A stretch of DNA of 63,922 nucleotides, the filler included, from an uncultured Rhodopirellula sp. (GTDB taxonomy: Bacteria; Planctomycetota; Planctomycetia; Pirellulales; Pirellulaceae), in assembly GCA_964007735.1 (NCBI GenBank). It is 4 parts of 4 records of this genome, joined end to end, with 100 filler letters (N's around TTAATTAATTAA, not from the genome) between each part and the next. Parts side by side here need not be neighbours in the genome. Positions count along the whole stretch, not along the records: positions 1 to 21,443 come from CAXGAI010000064.1; positions 21,544 to 40,139 come from CAXGAI010000066.1; 2 more parts are not named here. One strand, 5' to 3'. Within the stretch, counting starts at the first letter, position 1. Every line of letters starts with the position of its first letter. Under the pieces are notes generated by a model that was given only the letters and a program-made list of their open reading frames with translations, was not told where the DNA came from and made no database searches. Below are positions 20,376 to 31,110 of this stretch, piece after piece. A program made the translations under genes and the position numbers.

Positions 20376-20732
20376 TTACTCACTCGGAGTAGCGATTTTT
20401 TCCATCTTCACGTCAAATCCCTTGCTTGTAGGCATACCTGAACCATGTGTATCTGCCCCCATGAGTCGACTCGAATAGTCCCCATAGGCAATAAACAACA
20501 GGCCGGCCGGCAATTCACCCTTCTTGGCTACTTTCGTCCGAATTTCAATTTGACCATGCTCGCTAGTAACGCGAACCCAGTCACCCGCTTCCAGACCAAG
20601 CTCTTCCATGTCTTCCGGTGATACCTGTAAGACCGAAATTTCGCTCTGGTAGGTCTCCTCGAACTTACCTTCATTAATTCCTACACCCTGTTCGCTGGTT
20701 CGGCCGGGAATGATGATATAAGTCTTGGACAT
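20376..20732 (-). CDS. fwdD: formylmethanofuran dehydrogenase subunit D (molybdopterin dinucleotide-binding domain)
   Basis: PGRT..QG, DMEELGL..GD.VRVTSEHG, LFIAYG, THGSGMPTSKG. Confidence 0.88.
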   Translation of the reverse strand: MSKTYIIIPGRTSEQGVGINEGKFEETYQSEISVLQVSPEDMEELGLEAGDWVRVTSEHGQIEIRTKVAKKGELPAGLLFIAYGDYSSRLMGADTHGSGMPTSKGFDVKMEKIATPSE

Positions 20733-21118
20733 GTCAGTATTTTCTAAAGGATGGGTTCCCTTTTTCCTACAACCTAAGTGGAGATAAGTACCTATCTAGT
20801 TAAAATCGGCACTTTTCCCGTTGGTTATCACTATTTATTGTGAACTGCCTTCCGCTTCTCCGCTAGTGCCCATTCCGGGCTTAACCCCCCCCTGCCAAAC
20901 TGGTCCAAGAAGTACTTTTACAAATCGATAGCAAACCGTCTTAAACCATTAACTTGAGGCATGCATACTACTTTCGGTTCAAACTTCGTCATGCAAATTA
21001 TTATTTTGGTAATCAAAGATAGATTTTACCGAGACACATATTGGCTGTTTTTTTATCCGTATTTGTTAGAATCTAGGCACGATGGTTGGCAGGATACTAG
21101 ATTGAAGAGAGTTTTATC

Positions 21119-21443
21119 GTGTTGGATTTGCATGACAAAATTGAAGAGTCTATCGCAGAGATAAAAAAACATTGGGACAGGACACCTCATGCTGGTGTCA
21201 TTCTGGGCACTGGTCTGGGTAGTCTTGTGAAAGAAATCGAGGTTGAAGCCACAATTGAGTATGGTGATATCCCTCACTTCCCTACGTCCACTGCGGTCAG
21301 CCATGCCGGTCGGCTCGTCTGCGGGACTTTGGCGGGGTTGCCGATCGTGGCAATGGAAGGCCGGATGCATATGTATGAGGGTTATCCGTTAAAAATGATC
21401 ACTCTGCCTGTTCGTGTCATGAAAGCATTAGGAGCAGAATTAT
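21119..21443 (+). CDS. punA: purine nucleoside phosphorylase (3' truncated by contig end)
   Basis: GVILGTGLG, IPHFPTSTAVSHAGRL, GRMHMYEG, PVRVMKALG. Confidence 0.9.
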
Positions 21444-21543
21444 NNNNNNNNNNNNNNNNNNNNNNNNNNNNNNNNNNNNNNNNNNNNTTAATTAATTAAN
21501 NNNNNNNNNNNNNNNNNNNNNNNNNNNNNNNNNNNNNNNNNNN
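21444..21543. other. artificial contig linker
   Basis: 44 N + TTAATTAATTAA (stops in all six frames) + 44 N. Confidence 0.99.
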
Positions 21544-22019
21544 ATGAAGCATTGGAGGCTTATGTTACGCTGGCGGCGACTTATCCAAAGAGTCCGCTGA
21601 TTGCCAGTGTGATGATTCGAATCTCAGATCACTTCTATAAATCAGAGCAGTTTGGGATCGCTGCACAGGTTGGAGAGAAGTTTCTTGAGAAATTTGAAGG
21701 GCATGAACATGCGCAGCGTATGGCTTTCAGGATTGGACAGGCATTTTACAAGAGTGAGGCTTACCAGGAAGCAGGAGATTCGTTCGATCGGTTTATGAAG
21801 CTTTTTCCCGAAGACGAGCTTAGCGCGGATGCGTTGTTCTGGAGTGGTGAAGCCTACCGTATGGCCAATAACAATCAGTTGGCGTTTCGTCGATACAATC
21901 GTTGTCGATGGGATTTTCCGGCAAGCGAGGCAGCAAAGTTCGCCCGAGGACGTTTGGCATTACCCGAAATGCTGAATCAGTTCGAAGCTGAAGCCAATAG
22001 TATTGATAATGATAATTAA
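21544..22019 (+). CDS. TPR protein, C-terminal fragment (5' truncated)
   Basis: TPR helices: YPKSPLIA, AFRIGQAFY, FPEDELSADALFWSGEAY. Frame is open to the contig edge. Confidence 0.85.
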
Positions 22020-22117
22020 TGTTATCAGTTTAATGCTCAATTTATTATGAGATGCAACACGATCCCATAGCCGCAAAAGACAACACTAGAAAGAAAACGA
22101 AGAGAGTAGGCAAAATA

Positions 22118-23158
22118 ATGACGCGAAGATCGACGGAAGGTGTCAGTTTTCAGCTATTGATAATTCTGGCATGTGGCTTTCTCACTTGGCCGGTGGCTGG
22201 AGTAGCTCAAGATGACATTTTGGGCGAATTGGTCGGCGACCAGAAAAATCAAACCACCCAAGCCGATGATAGTCAGCTTGGTGAGGAAGAAGTGGTGGAG
22301 CAGGCTGCCACAGCCGCGCCGGAAGATGGGACTGGTTCAGAAGTTGTAGCAGGGACTGAAGGTAATCAGGAGAGTGCTGCAGATGAGTCAGCAGTCGAGG
22401 CGGACGAATCGGACGTTGGTCAAGACGAGGTGGTCGTTCCTGACAGTGAAGAGCCTAGTGGGATTGAACAGTTTCTTAATTCCGGCGCTTTAGGTTTGTT
22501 GCTCAATGGTGGAGCATTCATGTGGCCCATTTTGTTGATGGGGATTTTGGCTGTGGGAGTCATTATTGAACGTTATCGAACCTTGAAAATGCTTAACGCA
22601 GACGATCAGCAGGTGCGTGAGCAGGTGCAACAACTACTCTTCGATGAAAAGATTGAAGAGGCTTTGGAACTTTGCGATACGCAACAGGGACCAGTACCGG
22701 CGGTATTGTCCGCTGGATTAAGAAAGTACTATGTGTTACGAAAATTAGATTACGACGTAGCTCGAACAGAAGAGCAGGTTGTGAAAGCGATGGACGACTA
22801 CAGCGTACATATTGTGGCCGGCCTCGAAAGACATTTACCGGTCCTGGCTACGGTTTCCAGTGCGGCTCCGATGCTGGGATTCCTTGGAACAGTTCAGGGG
22901 ATGATCGTGGCTTTTCAGCAGATCGTTGAGCAGATGGGAGAGACGAATATTGTGGAAGCAGCGGCCAGCGGGATTCAGGTGTCGTTATTGACAACCTGCT
23001 TCGGGCTAATTGTTGGTATTCCGGCATTTGTTGCTTTTAACTATTTCACAAGCGTTATCAATCGATTCGTGTTGCAGGTCGAACAATCAGCGACAGAACT
23101 GATCGAGAATGTTTCGATTCAGTTAGCCGCCGCCGGAATAGATGATAAAAGTGAGTAA
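22118..23158 (+). CDS. exbB: MotA/TolQ/ExbB proton-channel protein with signal peptide and acidic N-terminal extension
   Basis: GGAFMWPI, APMLGFLGTVQGMI, LLTTCFGLIVGIPA. Start could be 22052. Confidence 0.92.
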   Translation: MTRRSTEGVSFQLLIILACGFLTWPVAGVAQDDILGELVGDQKNQTTQADDSQLGEEEVVEQAATAAPEDGTGSEVVAGTEGNQESAADESAVEADESDVGQDEVVVPDSEEPSGIEQFLNSGALGLLLNGGAFMWPILLMGILAVGVIIERYRTLKMLNADDQQVREQVQQLLFDEKIEEALELCDTQQGPVPAVLSAGLRKYYVLRKLDYDVARTEEQVVKAMDDYSVHIVAGLERHLPVLATVSSAAPMLGFLGTVQGMIVAFQQIVEQMGETNIVEAAASGIQVSLLTTCFGLIVGIPAFVAFNYFTSVINRFVLQVEQSATELIENVSIQLAAAGIDDKSE

Positions 23159-23161
23159 GCT

Positions 23162-23590
23162 TTGGTGAGAGAACGACGTCGTAGAAAGTTGATGGTGGAA
23201 CCACCGTCGAGTGCAACAGGTGACATCGCGTTTAACCTGATTGTGTTCTTTCTTGTCTGCGCGTCGGTGCAACCGGACAGCGGACGTCAACAAACTTTGC
23301 CTCGAAGTGAACAGGAGACACAGGAGCAGTCGGAGAATATTGAAGTGCAGCTTGGACGTAATACGGTCATGCTCAATGGAAATATCCTTCGTCAACAGGA
23401 TTTCGATACGGTATTGAAACGGGCGTTGAATGGGAAGACTCGACAGGAAGACCGAGTCGTGATCGTAAAGAGTAAGCCTGATACGCCTTATCACCATTGG
23501 GTCGTGGTGACCGAGATGATCGAATCGGCGGGGGGCATCGTGACGATTCAGACTGAAGAGGAGCAGCAGGTTATTGTGCCTGGTGGTTAG
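23162..23590 (+). CDS. exbD: ExbD/TolR family protein
   Basis: Basic N-terminus, TM GDIAFNLIVFFLV with conserved Asp, VIVKSKPDTPY. Confidence 0.88.
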   Translation: MVRERRRRKLMVEPPSSATGDIAFNLIVFFLVCASVQPDSGRQQTLPRSEQETQEQSENIEVQLGRNTVMLNGNILRQQDFDTVLKRALNGKTRQEDRVVIVKSKPDTPYHHWVVVTEMIESAGGIVTIQTEEEQQVIVPGG

Positions 23591-23605
23591 GAGGCGAATC
23601 GATCG

Positions 23606-24010
23606 ATGAAGATTAAACGTAGAACATCACAGGCAGACGTGCCAAGTATGGCGATGGGAGACATCGCTTTTAACCTGCTGATTTTCTTTGTGATTTTAGC
23701 TCGGGCACAGGATGACAGTCATTTGCAATGGCAGCCGGCGTCTGCTGAAGAAATCAACGCCTCCGGAACTGCGAAAGTTGCGGTTCTGATTGATAACGAA
23801 AATAAGTATTACGTCAATGGACAACAGGTCGGTGCATCGCAAATCGCCGGGGAAGTCGACGCTCTGCTGGGAAACACTCCGGCAGGTGAACGAATGGTTC
23901 TCTTTAAAGTACATCGTGAAGCACAAGCGTTGTATTTTGAACCGGCGATTGAAGCGATTAGTGAAGTAGGTGGAGATATTGTTCACGTACTGGAACAAAA
24001 GCAGGAGTAA
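23606..24010 (+). CDS. exbD: ExbD/TolR family protein (second copy)
   Basis: MGDIAFNLLIFFVI, YYVNGQ, VLFKVHREA. Confidence 0.88.
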   Translation: MKIKRRTSQADVPSMAMGDIAFNLLIFFVILARAQDDSHLQWQPASAEEINASGTAKVAVLIDNENKYYVNGQQVGASQIAGEVDALLGNTPAGERMVLFKVHREAQALYFEPAIEAISEVGGDIVHVLEQKQE

Positions 24011-24012
24011 GT

Positions 24013-24486
24013 ATGAGTGATCAACAAGAACAACAGACACGTGGGATTCTGGGAGATGTCCAACGTGTTCAGCGAAATGGTACAGCATCTTTGACGGAGT
24101 TGCGGGAGTTTATTGGGTCGTTAAAAGGTCGTAAACCTCAGGAAGTAATGGGCGAAATGGCAAGCAATGGTCTGGTGCAGGGCATCATCATGTCGACGGT
24201 CGGATTCGTTATAGTCTTGCTCGTCTTCACGGCATTTCCGTTTTTCCTGGCGGAAGAAGAACCTGTAGTTCAGCCGGCAACAACTCCTGTCGCTACATCA
24301 GCAGAACAGCAAGTAGAGCAGCCACCTGCGGTTCAGAATATCAATGAAGAACAATCACTAGACAAAGGTGGTCCTACGGGAGATGCAGTACTAGATAATC
24401 TGGGAATTGGAGAAACGAAAGATGCTAATCCGGATGCTAATCCTCTAGGAGATAAATTTGATGATCTCTTAGAGGGTGTGAAGTAA
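24013..24486 (+). CDS. single-TM hypothetical protein with Pro/Gln-rich linker
   Basis: GGAG RBS, 2 nt after exbD. TM GFVIVLLVFTAFPFFL, then VQPATTPV..EQPPA, and DANP x2. Confidence 0.8.
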   Translation: MSDQQEQQTRGILGDVQRVQRNGTASLTELREFIGSLKGRKPQEVMGEMASNGLVQGIIMSTVGFVIVLLVFTAFPFFLAEEEPVVQPATTPVATSAEQQVEQPPAVQNINEEQSLDKGGPTGDAVLDNLGIGETKDANPDANPLGDKFDDLLEGVK

Positions 24487-24526
24487 CTGAAGAGTGTCGG
24501 GGTTTAAGCTCAGAGAAGTGAGTGAG

Positions 24527-26005
24527 ATGAAAGCGATTCTTAAAATGCGATCATGGCAGCTTGTCGGCGTCGTTGCGTTCGTCTGGCACTTCGCGTTGGT
24601 TGACTGGCTTTGGCTCCATTTACTGGCGGATTCGCTTCTTCCTGTAATCTTTCTGCTGATTGCACTTTTGTCCTTAAGTGGCCTCTGTAAAAACTACAAA
24701 CAGCGTGCAGAAAACCAGATTCAATTTTGGGCCGTGTTTTCACTTTGCATACCTGTTGGCTGGCATGCCGGAGTTTTCTTCAGTGAATGGCTCGGACTGG
24801 AGATGTTCCGGGCGTATTTCGCTCGTGGTGGTTTGGCCATGTTTTTTATGACAGGATTGGTTTGGGTGATCTGGGGAGTTGAGAAATATGCCCAGCGAAT
24901 AGAGATTGCCAGACGAGAGAAATTTAATCTTGAGAATGTTTTGCAACGCAAAAGGACCAATCGCAAGAATACCGATCTCAAAATCTGGAACCCTCTCGAC
25001 CCTCATGCTTGGTACTATGGCGAAAAATCCCCTCGTCTCAACCAGTCCTTAAATGGTTTTGTCAGTTACACGGTATTGTTTTGTCTGATTTGTATGATTC
25101 TCAGTCAGTTTCAGGGATGTACCCAGTTCTATGACCTGCCGGCCGGTGGAGGTGAAAATCAGGCAGTGCAGCAAGTTGTCAAAGTTCAGAAGATTATCCG
25201 AAAGAAGTTTATTCTTAATCCCTATAGTGCCATAAATTACAACACGCCTGAATTGGATGATGTCAAGCTGGAATTGAACGAGGTTACAGCTCATCGATAT
25301 ACCAAAATGGGGTTTGGTGAAGGTGAAGGGGCGGGATTTGCCGGAGGCACGAGCAACGGTGTTGTTGGGTTTGTGCGACTGGAGTATCCCGGTGGGGATT
25401 GGAATCAGGACTTTGGTATCGGTGGCGATATGAATATGTTGCTGAAGTATGCCGAACTTACGGGGCAGAAAATTGATAAGAAAACAAAAGCTTACTCAGC
25501 GGCACAGCTAAAGACATTCGATGGCGTGCGTTGTCCCCCACTGGTTTATGTAACGGGGCAACGAAATATATCACTTGGCAACAATGATGTGAAGATATTG
25601 CAGGAATACCTTAATGATAAGCATGGAATGATTTTTGGAGATAACGGCGGAAGTCGCCATTTTCATCACCAGTTTTTATCGATGATGCAGCGAATTCTTC
25701 CGGAGGTACGTCCCGTGCGTATTCCTACGGATGATCCTATTCATACCCGACCTTATCAAATTGTTCGTGTTCCCTATGTAGCTCCTCACGGAGGTGAGGA
25801 AGCATTGGGGTGGTTTAAAGACGGCCGTTGGGTTGCTTATTATCATCCGGGCGATATTGGAGATGCATGGGCTGATGGACATGCAGGAGTGTCTCAGGAA
25901 ATCTGGGCTAATTGCTATCGGTTGGGTGTGAATATTATGAGTTATGCACATATCGAACATGCTAAGTGGCGATTAGCTCAAAAACAATCTGGTGGAGATG
26001 AATAA
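24527..26005 (+). CDS. multi-TM protein with C-terminal DUF4159 domain
   Basis: About 5 N-terminal TMs, Gly-rich linker, RLEYPGGDWNQD, PPLVYVTG, GMIFGDNGG, GDIGDAW, RLGVNI. Confidence 0.8.
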   Translation: MKAILKMRSWQLVGVVAFVWHFALVDWLWLHLLADSLLPVIFLLIALLSLSGLCKNYKQRAENQIQFWAVFSLCIPVGWHAGVFFSEWLGLEMFRAYFARGGLAMFFMTGLVWVIWGVEKYAQRIEIARREKFNLENVLQRKRTNRKNTDLKIWNPLDPHAWYYGEKSPRLNQSLNGFVSYTVLFCLICMILSQFQGCTQFYDLPAGGGENQAVQQVVKVQKIIRKKFILNPYSAINYNTPELDDVKLELNEVTAHRYTKMGFGEGEGAGFAGGTSNGVVGFVRLEYPGGDWNQDFGIGGDMNMLLKYAELTGQKIDKKTKAYSAAQLKTFDGVRCPPLVYVTGQRNISLGNNDVKILQEYLNDKHGMIFGDNGGSRHFHHQFLSMMQRILPEVRPVRIPTDDPIHTRPYQIVRVPYVAPHGGEEALGWFKDGRWVAYYHPGDIGDAWADGHAGVSQEIWANCYRLGVNIMSYAHIEHAKWRLAQKQSGGDE

Positions 26006-27624
26006 TGAAATCGTTGCACATTCAGTTATTAGCAATATTAATGACGACAATCTCTGCGATACCTGTGATGGCACAAACAAAGATCGACGAAATGTCGTTG
26101 GATCGCTGGGCGAAGTTGCGTGAGGTTGAGCGATACCAGTTGAATATTGCAGAAAAGTATTTTAAAGAGAAGAAGTACGATGTGGCGCTGAGTGAATATG
26201 AGAAATATTTGTCGCTTTATGAACGCAGCGATGCCGCCTCGTTTGCACAACTCAAATGGTCCCTTTGTCTGAATCAGCTTCGTAAACAGAATACGGCGAT
26301 TAAAGAGGGGTTCCAATCGGTCATTGATTATTGGCCTGACTCAGTAGATGCCGCGAAGGCATCGTATTTGATTGGTAAGACGTATGTTGACATTGGTCGT
26401 GTGTCCTACGGCAAGAAAGCCTATCAGGAAACAATAGAAAATTATCCGGATAACCCGGTCGCCGTCTATTCGCTTTCCGGCTTGGCAGAAATAGCCCGTC
26501 AGGAAAAGAATGAAACCAATTTGGTCAAGATTTGGAAACGTCTGGCTTTCGATATCCAACGCACCAAACTGACTAGCGGAACCTGTGCAGCTGCGGCTAA
26601 TTCATTGGCAGGATACTACTTTGGAAAAGGAGTTTTTCCGGATGCTTTGAAGAGCTTACAGGCCAACTACAAGGATGATCAACTCAGATACTACGTGTAC
26701 TATTACGTAAGAACTCCGCTAAATAGTTTGATCGGCGATGATGAAACTAAAATGACCGGTTTTCGTCTGGCTGATCAGGTGGTCTCCTATCTGAAGACCC
26801 ACCTTGAAACGGATTTATCGACGGATGATCTGAAGAGCAAGGCACAACAGCAGTGGAATCAAATGATCGAAGTTGAAAAGTACTCTCGTCGCGACGAAAA
26901 AGTGCTGGCTGCCTATAAGGCGATGTTGGGCGTGTTTGGCAATATAGACCAGATTCTGGGAAGCCTGGCCGACTACCATCTTTCACAAAAGCGGTATGAC
27001 CAGGCGCGTTCCATTTACCGACAATTCAAGGATAGGATTCAGGGACTTTCAAAAGTTGCAGCGAGTTATTCCTCTGAAGGCAATGTCGGCGAAGCAGTTA
27101 AAATTTATAAACAGCTGGCTGGATTGGATGCAGAAAATTCAGCCAAGTGGCAAGGCGCCGAAGCGACAGCTTATGTAGCCGTAAAACAATATCCCCAAGC
27201 CATTCAGATCTACCGTTCTTTAGTCGCTTCCGATGCACTTAATAGTCAGCAATGGCTTTGGGCTATGGCGACTACTCAGCGAGATGCTAACCAATTAAAA
27301 GAAGCAATTGGCACATTTCGTCAGTGTGAGAACTTCCCCGAAAATTATCGTCAGATGGCCGGCTGTCACCGTGCTCTTAAAGAGTATAAAGAAGCACTTA
27401 TTCTCTACGGTCAGATCATTGGAGGAAGTGAGTCGATGGCCCCATGGGCCCAGTTGCAAATTGGCTATACGTATGAGCAGATGGATTCAGCAGAGCAAGC
27501 CATTAAAGCATTTCAGCAGTGTTGTAAGAAATATCCCAAAGCATCCTACGCCAGTACGGCTCACGCTCACTTACAGAATAAGTACAAAATTTCCGTTACA
27601 CTCGGCGGTGGTACTGATGAGTAG
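26005..27624 (+). CDS. secreted TPR protein
   Basis: Signal peptide (IPVMA-Q), many TPR repeats, TAATG coupling to the upstream gene. Confidence 0.88.
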   Translation: MKSLHIQLLAILMTTISAIPVMAQTKIDEMSLDRWAKLREVERYQLNIAEKYFKEKKYDVALSEYEKYLSLYERSDAASFAQLKWSLCLNQLRKQNTAIKEGFQSVIDYWPDSVDAAKASYLIGKTYVDIGRVSYGKKAYQETIENYPDNPVAVYSLSGLAEIARQEKNETNLVKIWKRLAFDIQRTKLTSGTCAAAANSLAGYYFGKGVFPDALKSLQANYKDDQLRYYVYYYVRTPLNSLIGDDETKMTGFRLADQVVSYLKTHLETDLSTDDLKSKAQQQWNQMIEVEKYSRRDEKVLAAYKAMLGVFGNIDQILGSLADYHLSQKRYDQARSIYRQFKDRIQGLSKVAASYSSEGNVGEAVKIYKQLAGLDAENSAKWQGAEATAYVAVKQYPQAIQIYRSLVASDALNSQQWLWAMATTQRDANQLKEAIGTFRQCENFPENYRQMAGCHRALKEYKEALILYGQIIGGSESMAPWAQLQIGYTYEQMDSAEQAIKAFQQCCKKYPKASYASTAHAHLQNKYKISVTLGGGTDE

Positions 27625-27742
27625 CATGGTTAGTTCTGGTTCCTTCCTATTGAGCTGGTCAGAGCTATTTAGCTCAGCACGGAAGCACCATTGTTGAACT
27701 AAGGTATATCCAAAACACAGCCTTCAATTCATAATGTGACAC

Positions 27743-29566
27743 ATGAGCGGTTCTACCTATGAATACGATGTTTTGGTTGTTGGTGCTGGGCACGCAGGGA
27801 CAGAAGCGGCTTCTGCGGCCGCTCGAACTGGTGCGCGGGTTGCCTTGCTAACAACCAACCTTGATACCGTTGGACAGATGAGTTGTAATCCGGCCATTGG
27901 TGGAGTTGCCAAAGGACAGATTGTACGCGAAATTGACGCGTTGGGCGGCCTCATGGGGCGAGCGATTGATAAGACCGCTCTTCAGTTTCGCATGCTAAAT
28001 AGACGTAAGGGTCCGGCCATGCACAGCCCTCGTGCCCAGGCCGATAAAAAGCTCTATCAGCAGGAAGTTAAAAAGCTGATTGAGCAGCAGGACGGGATTT
28101 CTCTTCGTCAGGAACTAGTTGAAGATATTTTGACTGAAAAAGATGGTGAAGTCGTCCGGGTGATGGGTGTTCGTGTTCGCGGTAATGTTTTCTATCGGGC
28201 TCAGGCGGTCATTCTTACAACGGGAACATTCCTTTCTGCCTTAATGCACACCGGCGAAGCAAAGACTGCGGGAGGACGCGCTGGTGAAGGTACGAGCCAG
28301 GGGATTAGTCAGGCATTGTGCGAAGCCGGATTTCGTTTGGAACGGTTTAAAACAGGAACCCCGCCAAGACTCAATTCTCGCACGATCGATTACAGTCAAG
28401 CTGAAGAGCAACCAGGCGATGCGGAACCGGAACCGTTCTCCTATATGACGGATAAAATTACTCAAGAGCAGTTGCCATGCTGGATTACCTATACCAACAA
28501 CAATGTACACCAATTAATACGTGACAATCTTGATCGGGCCCCAATGTATAGTGGTCAGATTAATTCGGCGGGACCTCGTTATTGTCCGTCGATTGAAGAC
28601 AAGGTCGTTCGCTTTGCAGATAAAGACAGACATCAGTTGTTTTTGGAGCCGGAAGGATATGAAACAGAAGAAGTTTATGTAAATGGTATCTCCACAAGCC
28701 TGCCGCGAGATGTTCAGGACGCGATGTTCCGCATGATACCAGGCCTGGAGAAAGCTCAGATAATGCGGTACGGGTATGCCGTCGAGTACGACTATAGTCC
28801 GCCTGATCAACTTCGCCCGACGCTTGAAACCAAGTTTATCAAGGGCTTGTATTTTGCTGGACAGATCAATGGTACAACCGGCTATGAAGAAGCCGGGGCT
28901 CAAGGACTGATCGCCGGGGCTAATGCTGCCTTAAAGCTGGCTAAGAAAAATTCACTCGTTATTGAACGTAGCCAAGGCTATATCGGTGTGTTGATTGATG
29001 ATTTAGTTACTTGTGGTGTGGATGAGCCTTATCGCATGTTCACTAGCCGGGCTGAATATCGTTTGTTACTTCGGCAGGATAATGCTGATCGTCGTTTAAC
29101 TAAGCTGGGATTTGAGCACGGTCTGGTTTCACAGGAACGATTTGACCGTCTTACGAAGAAAGAGAGCCAGGTTGAAAAAGCGCTGACGTTGTTGGAATCA
29201 AAGCATTTGGGGCAAGCAACCCTAACGAAGCATTTACGTCGTCCAGAGACCACCTGGGACGAAATTATAGAGCATTTGCCGGAGTTGAGTGAATTATCTC
29301 CCGACGTGGTTCAGCAAGTGACCTATGACGTCAAATACTCGGGCTATATTGCCCGACAGCAAATGGAGATAGATCGCCAGAGTCGTCTTGCCGAAAAACC
29401 AATCCCTGATAATTTTGATTACGATGCCATCGGACATTTGCGTACAGAGGCGCGGCAGAAATTGTCAACCATACGCCCGGCCACTGTCGCACAAGCTTCT
29501 AGGATTAGCGGTATTACGCCGGCAGACATGGCGTTGGTAACGGCTTATCTACAAAACCGTTCTTAA
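27743..29566 (+). CDS. mnmG: tRNA uridine-5-carboxymethylaminomethyl synthesis enzyme
   Basis: [57 protein letters not shown]. Confidence 0.98.
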   Translation: MSGSTYEYDVLVVGAGHAGTEAASAAARTGARVALLTTNLDTVGQMSCNPAIGGVAKGQIVREIDALGGLMGRAIDKTALQFRMLNRRKGPAMHSPRAQADKKLYQQEVKKLIEQQDGISLRQELVEDILTEKDGEVVRVMGVRVRGNVFYRAQAVILTTGTFLSALMHTGEAKTAGGRAGEGTSQGISQALCEAGFRLERFKTGTPPRLNSRTIDYSQAEEQPGDAEPEPFSYMTDKITQEQLPCWITYTNNNVHQLIRDNLDRAPMYSGQINSAGPRYCPSIEDKVVRFADKDRHQLFLEPEGYETEEVYVNGISTSLPRDVQDAMFRMIPGLEKAQIMRYGYAVEYDYSPPDQLRPTLETKFIKGLYFAGQINGTTGYEEAGAQGLIAGANAALKLAKKNSLVIERSQGYIGVLIDDLVTCGVDEPYRMFTSRAEYRLLLRQDNADRRLTKLGFEHGLVSQERFDRLTKKESQVEKALTLLESKHLGQATLTKHLRRPETTWDEIIEHLPELSELSPDVVQQVTYDVKYSGYIARQQMEIDRQSRLAEKPIPDNFDYDAIGHLRTEARQKLSTIRPATVAQASRISGITPADMALVTAYLQNRS

Positions 29567-30729
29567 AAGTCAAGCCAACGATTGTCTGAATCGGAACTGG
29601 CCTGCACTCGTTCGATAAACCGTACACCCTCGAGACCGTCGTAGACATTCGGGTAGAGTGTGTTAATTCCTGGATTGAATCCAGTGGCGTTGTTTTTTGC
29701 CATGTCATCAAAAGCCGCTCGATAGATATTAGCAAAAGCTTCATAGAATCCTTCCGGATGTCCACCCGGAATTCGCGTGGATGCTTTGGCTAGCTCGTGC
29801 ATATAGTCGCCAGCAGGGTGTCGATGCATGATTTCGGTGGATGCTCCCTGACGCCGAAGAACAAGTTGGTTAGGGTCCTCCTGCCTCCATTGTAATGAGC
29901 CCTTGGTACCGTCGATCTCAAGGGTGAAATCATTTAGCCTTCCGTGACTCATTTGGCTATAAGTGATTAGTCCTAAAGCTCCATTGTCCATTCTCATTTG
30001 AATCAAACCGTAATCATCGATAGCACGAGTTGGATGAAATGATTCCGTGGTCGCTGCAATTTTGTTGACAGTTAGTCCGGTCACAAACCTCAGTAAGTTA
30101 TAGGCATGTGTACCGATATCTCCCAGAGATCCGGAACCGGCTTTGGTCGGGTCAGATTTCCAGACTCCACGAGCAGCGGGAACGGTACTGTCAAAGGTTG
30201 TAAGCCAGCCCTGTATATAAGAGGAGCGAATAGCGAGGATGTCTCCGATCTCACCTGCTCCAATGATTTCTCTTGCCTGTCTGACCATCGGGTACCCGGT
30301 GTAGTTATGCGTTAAGGCAAAGATCTTACCAGTCTCTTCAACCGTCTTCACTAACTCTCTCGCACTTTCGACCTTGTTGGTCATGGGTTTATCACAGACA
30401 ACGTGAAAGCCTGCCTTTAATGCGGCCTGAGCAATCTCAGCATGCGTGTGATTGGGAGTGGCTATGCTAACAAAATCGATTCGGTCTTTTTCATCCAGTT
30501 TCAATTCACCAGCCAACAACTCCTGGAAGTTACCATACGCCCGGTCTTCCCGGATGCCAAAGAGGGGAGCATATTCCCGGGATCGTTGAGGATCTGAACT
30601 CAAGGCCCCTGCACATAGTCGGGAGCGATTGTCGAGTGTGGCGGAGATGGCGTGTACTTTCCCGATGAAGGCAGCTCCACCACCACCAATCAGACCCATG
30701 CGAAGTTTGCGATTAATTTCAGGGTTCAT
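29563..30729 (-). CDS. Gfo/Idh/MocA family oxidoreductase
   Basis: [41 protein letters not shown]. Confidence 0.92.
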   Translation of the reverse strand: MNPEINRKLRMGLIGGGGAAFIGKVHAISATLDNRSRLCAGALSSDPQRSREYAPLFGIREDRAYGNFQELLAGELKLDEKDRIDFVSIATPNHTHAEIAQAALKAGFHVVCDKPMTNKVESARELVKTVEETGKIFALTHNYTGYPMVRQAREIIGAGEIGDILAIRSSYIQGWLTTFDSTVPAARGVWKSDPTKAGSGSLGDIGTHAYNLLRFVTGLTVNKIAATTESFHPTRAIDDYGLIQMRMDNGALGLITYSQMSHGRLNDFTLEIDGTKGSLQWRQEDPNQLVLRRQGASTEIMHRHPAGDYMHELAKASTRIPGGHPEGFYEAFANIYRAAFDDMAKNNATGFNPGINTLYPNVYDGLEGVRFIERVQASSDSDNRWLDF

Positions 30730-31110
30730 CTCGACCACCGTTGATTGAATTTTCTTGGAATCACTCGTTGCTTTAGTTGAATTTTGCGTCGGGGATTAAT
30801 AATTGTAGCGAATCGAATGCATTGATAATTCCCCAATCTACTCCGCGTAATTGAGTCCTGAAAGAGCTTCGATGTATTGGTGTTGACGTCGATTCTTATA
30901 TTTTGGCACAATCTGCATCGTTGGGAATTTAGCCAAGATTGGAAAGATTGGTTAATCCAACGAAATACGTTGTTCTTGGAAGCTAAGTGATTTGGATTCG
31001 GATAGGACAACTGAGTAACTAAGGTGATAGATAGGAATTGGAAGCAGCAGGGTATTTGAGTAGATTACCTCGCAAGCGTTTCAAACCGATTAGTACAGGA
31101 GGGACTTTCC

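Noticed and set aside
21444..21543. TTAATTAATTAA within N runs as a biological repeat (also at 40140 and 58779)
   Set aside because: Identical 44N-12-44N layout with six-frame stops marks an artificial contig spacer.
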